Source of the DNA: an archaeon
GTDB taxonomy: Archaea; Micrarchaeota; Micrarchaeia; Norongarragalinales; UBA97
Assembly: GCA_020057405.1 (NCBI GenBank)
Contig: JAGVFW010000003.1
Coordinates: 141,893 to 205,892, forward strand
Direction of reading: 5' to 3'
Length of the DNA: 64,000 bases
Position 1 is the first letter of the stretch. The number at the start of each line of letters is the position of its first letter. The translations under genes and the position numbers were made by a program. Positions 58,562-64,000 of this stretch are shown here, in pieces. The notes below the pieces were generated by a model. That model was not told the origin of the DNA. It saw nothing but the letters and a program-made list of their open reading frames with translations, and ran no database searches.

Positions 58562-59154
58562 TAGGCATACTCGACTACGGCATGGGCAACATCGGCAGCG
58601 TTAGCTATGCGCTTGAAAGGATTGGCGCCAAAAGTGCAGTCGTTACCGACGCGCAAGAAATCGGCAAGTGTGATGGGCTCATTATTCCCGGAGTGGGCGC
58701 GTTTGCTCCTGCAATGAAGCGCTTGGAACAACTCAAGCCCTCACTCAAGGAATTCGTCGCAAGCGGCAGGCCTATGCTAGGCATCTGCCTTGGGATGGAA
58801 GTGCTTTTTGATGAGGGCACCGAGGGCGGAAAATGCGCTGGCCTCGGGTTCCTTGAAGGAAGCGTGAAAAAGCTCGAAGGCGCGCCCAAGCTCCCTCAAG
58901 TGGGGTGGAACACCATCGAAATCACAGGCGAGTCGCCTCTCTTTGCCGGAGTAGCAAGCGGCGAGTACGCTTACTTTGTCCACTCGTATGCCTGCAAGCC
59001 CAAAAAAGCGGGCGTGACGATTGCGACAACCGAATACGGCGAGCGCTTCGCATGCGCTGTTGGCGGAGGCAATGTCTTCGGCGTGCAGTTTCACCCTGAA
59101 AAAAGCGGGGCTGCTGGCGAGCGGCTGCTTAGGAATTTCGCGAGGATGACGTGA
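58558..59154 (+). CDS. hisH: Imidazole glycerol phosphate synthase, glutamine amidotransferase subunit
   Basis: DYGMGN, PGVGAF, GICLG, YFVHSY, QFHPEKS. Confidence 0.96.
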   Translation: MIGILDYGMGNIGSVSYALERIGAKSAVVTDAQEIGKCDGLIIPGVGAFAPAMKRLEQLKPSLKEFVASGRPMLGICLGMEVLFDEGTEGGKCAGLGFLEGSVKKLEGAPKLPQVGWNTIEITGESPLFAGVASGEYAYFVHSYACKPKKAGVTIATTEYGERFACAVGGGNVFGVQFHPEKSGAAGERLLRNFARMT

Positions 59155-59871
59155 ATGCAGGTAATCCCGGCAATAGACTTGCTTGAAGGAAAGGCCGTGC
59201 GCCTGACGCAAGGAAAGCGCGAGACTGTCAAGGTCTACTCTAGCGACCCGCTAGCATTGGCACTCGATTTTGCAAAACAGGGCGCACAATGGCTGCACTT
59301 AGTTGACCTTGACGCCTGCTTTGGTCTCGGCAGCAACGCAAGCGCAATCAAGCAAATCGTTTCGGCAAGCGGTGCTAGCGTGCAGACCGGCGGTGGCGTG
59401 AAAAGCGCGCGGCAAGCGAAGGAACTGTGCGAAATTGGCGTCAAGCGCGTGATTGTCGGAACTGCGGCAATCGATGACGCCACGATTGCGCAAATGTCGA
59501 CGGCAATTGGAGAGAGCCTATGGATTGCCTGTGATGTGAAGGACGGCAAGGTCGCAGTAAGCGGTTGGGAAAGAAAAGTGGAGTTGACCGTTGATGAACT
59601 CCTCGACCGAGCGAAGGCGCTTGGCGCAGGCGGCATTATTGTCACCGACATTTCCCGCGACGGGACTGCAAAAGGCATTTCTAGAGCTTTCTTTTCAGCC
59701 ATGCGGCAAAAGACTAGCCTGCCGCTCATTGCCGCAGGAGGCATCGGCTCGCTTGAGAACTTGCGCGAGCTGGGCGGAATGGGTTATGACGGCGCAATCG
59801 TCGGCCTGGCGCTCTACGAAGGCAACTTCACTTACGCAGAAGCAAAGGAGGCAGTTGAAAATGTTGGCTAA
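59155..59871 (+). CDS. hisA: ProFAR isomerase
   Basis: IPAIDLLEGKAVRL, LHLVDLD, QTGGG, TDISRDG, AGGI. Confidence 0.95.
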   Translation: MQVIPAIDLLEGKAVRLTQGKRETVKVYSSDPLALALDFAKQGAQWLHLVDLDACFGLGSNASAIKQIVSASGASVQTGGGVKSARQAKELCEIGVKRVIVGTAAIDDATIAQMSTAIGESLWIACDVKDGKVAVSGWERKVELTVDELLDRAKALGAGGIIVTDISRDGTAKGISRAFFSAMRQKTSLPLIAAGGIGSLENLRELGGMGYDGAIVGLALYEGNFTYAEAKEAVENVG

Positions 59872-60616
59872 GCGCATCATCGCCTGCCTTGATGTCAAGG
59901 AAGGAGTAGTTGTGAAAGGAACCAACTTCATCGGGCTAAAGTATGCCGGCGAACCTGCCGAGCTTTCCAAGCGGTACGCAAGCGAGGGGGCAGACGAGAT
60001 AGTCTTCCTAGACATAAGCGCAAGTGAAGAGGGGCGCAAGCCCAATCGGAATTGGATTCAACTGGCTGCAGAGCAACTCAACGTGCCTTTCACGGTTGGA
60101 GGAGGCATTTCGACCGTCGATGACGCGAGGGAAGTGCTTTCGCTGGGGGCCGACAAGGTGGCAGTCAACACCGCGGCAATCAACAACCCGCGCCTCATCA
60201 GCGACATTGCGGAGAAATTCGGCTCGCAGTGCGTAGTTGTCGCAATTGACTGCAAGCGCGAGGGCAATGGCTGGAATGTCTTCTCTTACGGCGGCTCCGA
60301 GGCAACAGGCAAAGACGCAGTCGAGTGGACACTTGAGTGCGAAAAGCTTGGCGCGGGCGAAATACTTGCAACAAGCATCGAAAGGGACGGCACGGGCAAC
60401 GGATTTGACTGCAAACTCACCTCCATGCTTGCAGACAAACTTGGCATCCCAATCATCGCATCGGGTGGTGCGGGTGGCGAAAAGGACTTTCTCGACGCAT
60501 TCACGAAAGGGAAGGCAGATGCTGCCCTTGCTGCTGGGATTTTTCACTACGGCAAGCTATCGATTGTCGGGCTCAAGCAATACCTCAAGAAAAATGGAGT
60601 CGAAGTAAGGGCATGA
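59861..60616 (+). CDS. hisF: Imidazole glycerol phosphate synthase, cyclase subunit
   Basis: MLAKRIIACLDV, GADEIVFLDI, VGGGI, GADKV, GAGEI, IASGGAG. Confidence 0.96.
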   Translation: MLAKRIIACLDVKEGVVVKGTNFIGLKYAGEPAELSKRYASEGADEIVFLDISASEEGRKPNRNWIQLAAEQLNVPFTVGGGISTVDDAREVLSLGADKVAVNTAAINNPRLISDIAEKFGSQCVVVAIDCKREGNGWNVFSYGGSEATGKDAVEWTLECEKLGAGEILATSIERDGTGNGFDCKLTSMLADKLGIPIIASGGAGGEKDFLDAFTKGKADAALAAGIFHYGKLSIVGLKQYLKKNGVEVRA

Positions 60617-61188
60617 ACGAAAAATTAATTCCGCTCATCGTGCAGGACGCGTCCACCAAGCAGGTGCTCTCGCTATTCTACTGCAACGAAGAAAGCGTCA
60701 GGCTCATGGCCCAGACTGGATTTGTCTGGCGCTACAGCCGCAGCAAGGGAATGCAGATGAGGAAGGGCGACACTTCGGGCAACTTGCAGAAAGTGCGCGA
60801 GCTACTCTACGACTGCGACAACGACGCGGTTCTAGCAATAGTTGACCAGCAGGGCGAGGGCGCCTGCCACACGGGCACATGGTCGTGCTTCACGGCAAGG
60901 AAGATGCGCCCCTGGGGCGTGCTAGACGAGCTTTGTGGAGTGATTGCAAAGCGCAAGAGCGAACCCAAGGCTGGCGCGTACACGTCGCAGTTAGTGCAAA
61001 GCCCGCGACAGCTTGCCGAAAAGCTTACAGAAGAGGCTGGCGAGCTTGGCGAAGCATTACTTGAGAAGCCTGATGCTGAAGTGGTTTGGGAAGCTGCTGA
61101 CTTGCTCTACTTCACGCTCGTGGCGCTCGAGAACCGCGGGATTGACGCGGAAAAAGTGCTAGAGGAGCTAAAACGAAGGCGAAAGTAA
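60613..61188 (+). CDS. hisIE: Bifunctional PR-AMP cyclohydrolase / PR-ATP pyrophosphohydrolase
   Basis: YSRS, KGDTSGN, DCDND, ACHTG..SCF; C-terminal KLTEEAGE, EAADLLY. Confidence 0.94.
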   Translation: MNEKLIPLIVQDASTKQVLSLFYCNEESVRLMAQTGFVWRYSRSKGMQMRKGDTSGNLQKVRELLYDCDNDAVLAIVDQQGEGACHTGTWSCFTARKMRPWGVLDELCGVIAKRKSEPKAGAYTSQLVQSPRQLAEKLTEEAGELGEALLEKPDAEVVWEAADLLYFTLVALENRGIDAEKVLEELKRRRK

Positions 61189-61209
61189 GGCGAGGGACTA
61201 TCCGAAAAA

Positions 61210-62547
61210 TTATTCTTTGAGCAACTTTGCAGCAGCTTCAATCGAAAGCTCTTTTTCAACGCCGCTTGTCAAGTCGCGCACCTTGACTTTATTCGCGTCA
61301 AGCTCTTGTTGTCCGACGAAAACTGCAAACGCGTAGCCCTGCTTTGAGGCGTACTCTATTCCTTTCCCAACCGCCCTGCCCAGCAAGTCGACGCCGGTTG
61401 GAACGCCAGCATTGCGAAGTTCCTGCACAATCGGCGCGACTTTGGCGAACTCGACCTTGATTGGAATAAGAAACGCGCGCTTGAGGCCACCAACGGCGGG
61501 GGTAGCGTCAGTGCCGATGCAATCGCAGAGAACGTCAACGCCAAAGCTGATGCCGACTGCGGGAACCGCCTCGTCGCGACCGGTTGCCTCTTTGACAAAC
61601 CCGCCCACAAGCGCATCATAACGCCCGCCGGCTGCAACACTTGATGAAACGCCCGTCTTCTTCACCATCGCAGGCGAAAGAAATGCTTCAAAGACGGTGC
61701 CAGTGTAGTAGTTGAGCCCGCGGGAAAGTGTGGGGCTGAAGGTGACGCCGTCTGCGCATCCCATTGCCTCAAGCAATGCGAAGAGGTCGCGGAGTTCTTT
61801 TGCGCCCTGCTTGCCCGCAACGCTTGCGACTTTGGCTTCAAAGTCCTCGATTGACTCAAGCGAAAGCAATTCGAAAAGAAATTCTGTTTGCTTTTCCGAC
61901 AGGCCGCGCTTTGCCAAGAGTTCCTCGCGCACGGCAGGACCGCCGATTTTCTCGAGCTTGTCAATCGCCAAGAGCGCTCCCTCGCGCTTGCTTTCCGGCA
62001 CGCCGGCAGTCTCTAAAACGCCGTCAAGAAGCTTGCGGTTGTTCACCTTGATGGTGAAATTTCCCTTGCCGAAGAGCTTTGTGAGCACGCCAGCAGTCAT
62101 TGCCAAGAGTTCGGCTTCAGCCTCGATGCCGCCAACGCCTAGCGTGTCAGTGTCGGCTTGGCTAAACTCGCGGTAGCGGCCGGCTTTTAGCGGCCCGTCG
62201 CGCCAGACGCTTCCGATGGCGTAGCGCTTGAACGGCCGCGGCATGTTGGGGTTTTGCGCAAAAAAGCGGCAAAGCGGGACCGTCAAATCGTAGCGGAGGC
62301 CAAGCTCGCGGCCGCCCTGGTCCTTGAAGCGATAGGTCTCCTTGAGTATTTCCTCTCCGCCTGCAAATTTTGCCGAGAGGACGCCGTAGTTTTCAAACGC
62401 GGGCGTCTCTAGGGGCGAGAAGCCGTAGAGCTCAAAAGCTGTCCGTAGCTCGTTTAGCAAATAGTCCCGGGCGCGCTTGGCGTTTCCGCTAAAGTCGCGC
62501 GTTCCCCGCGCAGCCTGCAGCTCCTGGCTTGAGAGTTCAGTTTTCAT
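61210..62547 (-). CDS. hisS: Histidyl-tRNA synthetase
   Basis: RGTRD, LRYDLTVP, GRYREFSQ, RGLNYYTG, GGRYD, plus anticodon-binding domain; start placed at ATG 62547. Confidence 0.95.
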   Translation of the reverse strand: MKTELSSQELQAARGTRDFSGNAKRARDYLLNELRTAFELYGFSPLETPAFENYGVLSAKFAGGEEILKETYRFKDQGGRELGLRYDLTVPLCRFFAQNPNMPRPFKRYAIGSVWRDGPLKAGRYREFSQADTDTLGVGGIEAEAELLAMTAGVLTKLFGKGNFTIKVNNRKLLDGVLETAGVPESKREGALLAIDKLEKIGGPAVREELLAKRGLSEKQTEFLFELLSLESIEDFEAKVASVAGKQGAKELRDLFALLEAMGCADGVTFSPTLSRGLNYYTGTVFEAFLSPAMVKKTGVSSSVAAGGRYDALVGGFVKEATGRDEAVPAVGISFGVDVLCDCIGTDATPAVGGLKRAFLIPIKVEFAKVAPIVQELRNAGVPTGVDLLGRAVGKGIEYASKQGYAFAVFVGQQELDANKVKVRDLTSGVEKELSIEAAAKLLKE

Positions 62548-62634
62548 TGCAATCCTTTTGGTCAAGCTTTTCAAGCTCCGAGAAGCGAGCCGCTACGGAG
62601 CGGGAGCCTCGCAGGAGCGCAGAAACGGTTGAGG

Positions 62635-62707
62635 GGCCGGTAGCGAGAATCGAACTCGCGTCAGGGGATCCACAATCCCCGATCCTAACCACTAGACGAT
62701 ACCAGCC
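62635..62707 (-). tRNA. tRNA-His(GTG), canonical
   Basis: Reverse complement GGCTGGTATCGTCTAGTGGTTAGGATCGGGGATTGTGGATCCCCTGACGCGAGTTCGATTCTCGCTACCGGCC; G-1, C73, U8/A14/G15/C48 all present. Confidence 0.96.
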
Positions 62708-62847
62708 ATCATAATCCGAGTTGGCTTGCGCTTGCGTTGCCGAAAGGGCGTTAACCGCAATGAAGTAGACCACTATTCACTATGTCCAACTCTCGTAGAT
62801 TATAGTGTCGCCCAAGATATTTAAACCACTGCGAAATGGACTGGGAT

Positions 62848-63675
62848 TTAGAAGAATAACAAGTAGAGGCCCGCCGCAACTGCGGCGCCAAGGATGGTGC
62901 TCGCCAGGTTGACTACGTCGTTGTCAAACCAGCGGAACCCGCGGATGGCCTGCGTTTTCGTGCCGCAGTTGTGCAGCGTCTTTTCGGTTTCCTTCTTGCA
63001 TTTCGTGCAGTAGTACATTGCTTGGAGCGTCGCGCCCATGAGAGAGTCGAAGAGCGCGCCCGCGAGGCCGGAAAGAGCGGCGATGGGCACCATGAGCATG
63101 CTCGACTCAAGACCTCGGACTTGGGTGAAGCCGAGGAGGTAGTAGGCGGTTACGCCAATGAGTGCGCCACCGGCGAGGGCAACTGCCATGCCGAGGCCGG
63201 AAACCGCCCCGCTTGTGCCGACGGGCACGCGCTCCCAGTTGGTTATCAAGCGCGGCTTTCCTTTTGCAAGAATGCCTAGCTCGGTTGCCCAAGTGTCTGA
63301 AGTGACGGTCGCAATCACGCCGAGGAAGGCGTAGAAAATTACTGGCGAGTGGTAGTAGAACCACGCGAAGGCGAGAATGCCTGCAATGCCGCCGTTGGCC
63401 AAAACCTGCCAGAAATCCCGCACGCCGCCTTTTGCGAATTCCCGCACGACTTCCTCCTTCTGCGCTGCCTTAAAGCGGGTGAAGAAAACGCTCGTGATGA
63501 AGAAGGCGGCTAAAACGCCGAACCACGCGGCCCCGCCGAGGACGAAGACGACTACGCCAAGGAGTACCGCGGCGAGGGTGCCCGTGCGGGAGAGAGTCTC
63601 GCGGCGGAAGGAGAACACACCTAGGGCAAGCGAAATGATGAGGCCGATGAGGACGTTTTGCAGCTCGGTTGCCAT
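62848..63675 (-). CDS. DUF92 (TMEM19-like) membrane protein with zinc-ribbon insert
   Basis: RDFWQVLANGG, SDTWATELG, VPVGTSGAVS, DSLMGATLQ, CTKC...HNCG, NDVVN. Confidence 0.9.
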   Translation of the reverse strand: MATELQNVLIGLIISLALGVFSFRRETLSRTGTLAAVLLGVVVFVLGGAAWFGVLAAFFITSVFFTRFKAAQKEEVVREFAKGGVRDFWQVLANGGIAGILAFAWFYYHSPVIFYAFLGVIATVTSDTWATELGILAKGKPRLITNWERVPVGTSGAVSGLGMAVALAGGALIGVTAYYLLGFTQVRGLESSMLMVPIAALSGLAGALFDSLMGATLQAMYYCTKCKKETEKTLHNCGTKTQAIRGFRWFDNDVVNLASTILGAAVAAGLYLLFF

Positions 63676-63684
63676 GATAAGAAT

Positions 63685-64000
63685 CTAGTCTTTCTTGAGC
63701 TTTAATATTGCCTGTGCGATGTCCCCGCCGGCTTCTTCTAGGGCCGCTTGGGCTTGCTCGATTGAAACTCCAGACTGCTCGGCGACCATCTTGGCGTCGT
63801 CATCCCCGCTTCCGGCTTCGCCTGCGCTTGCCTCTTCGGAGAATTCGCCTGCCACCTGGAGGGTCTTTTGGCCCTGGAATTCAATCATTGACACTGTCGC
63901 TGGCGAGACGACGAGGCTGGTGCCGTCTTTTTTCTCGACAACCACGCGCTCGACCTCTAGCTCAGTGGTCTTGATGCCCATTTGCCGCATCATTTGCGCC
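63685..64000 (-). CDS. nac: Nascent polypeptide-associated complex protein (5' end outside the window)
   Basis: MMRQMGI NAC domain plus C-terminal UBA (DDAKMVAEQSGV...GDIAQAIL). Confidence 0.92.
   Translation of the reverse strand, partial: AQMMRQMGIKTTELEVERVVVEKKDGTSLVVSPATVSMIEFQGQKTLQVAGEFSEEASAGEAGSGDDDAKMVAEQSGVSIEQAQAALEEAGGDIAQAILKLKKD

Noticed and set aside
58312-60616. N-terminal extensions of hisH and hisF given by the ORF track
   Set aside because: They overlap hisB and hisA; the true starts are ATG 58558 and ATG 59861.
61210-62547. hisZ (regulatory partner of short HisG)
   Set aside because: It is full length with motif 2/3, RGLNYYTG and an anticodon-binding domain, so it is a true HisRS.
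54301-62707. Two tRNA-His copies as attL/attR of an integrated element
   Set aside because: They are inverted, share little beyond the anticodon loop, enclose the housekeeping gene hisS, and no integrase is present.

Overview
Archaeal chromosomal segment of roughly 55-60% GC (estimated by eye). Archaeal markers include the A-type ATP synthase, rpoE-spt4-rps24e-rps27ae, CarS, NAC and TATA-type promoters. The giant surface proteins suggest a DPANN lineage such as Micrarchaeota; this is inference. Left part: A1Ao-ATPase genes (C partial, E, K, I, H), an aminotransferase, a K+-independent H+-PPase, LemA/TPM, a divergent RelE/RHH pair, information-processing genes and ileS. Middle (14-53 kb): a cell-surface block with two paralogous repeat glycoproteins, a pilin-like Cys-rich protein, two giant paralogous N-anchored proteins (~2650 and 3389 aa), secF/secD, sppA, carS and two archaeosortase/exosortase genes. 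Right part: a complete histidine operon in enteric-like order with a HisG-HisD fusion, converging on tRNA-His + hisS. The most striking element is the his leader (54150-54395). It has a promoter, a 14-codon uORF with a His codon, and a second, non-canonical tRNA-His(GUG) cloverleaf 23 nt before hisG. Mutually exclusive pairings link the uORF, the tRNA acceptor stem and the hisG Shine-Dalgarno, and an AbrB-ACT regulator gene lies just upstream. This is a candidate archaeal tRNA-embedded attenuator. No CRISPR array, integrase or transposase was seen.
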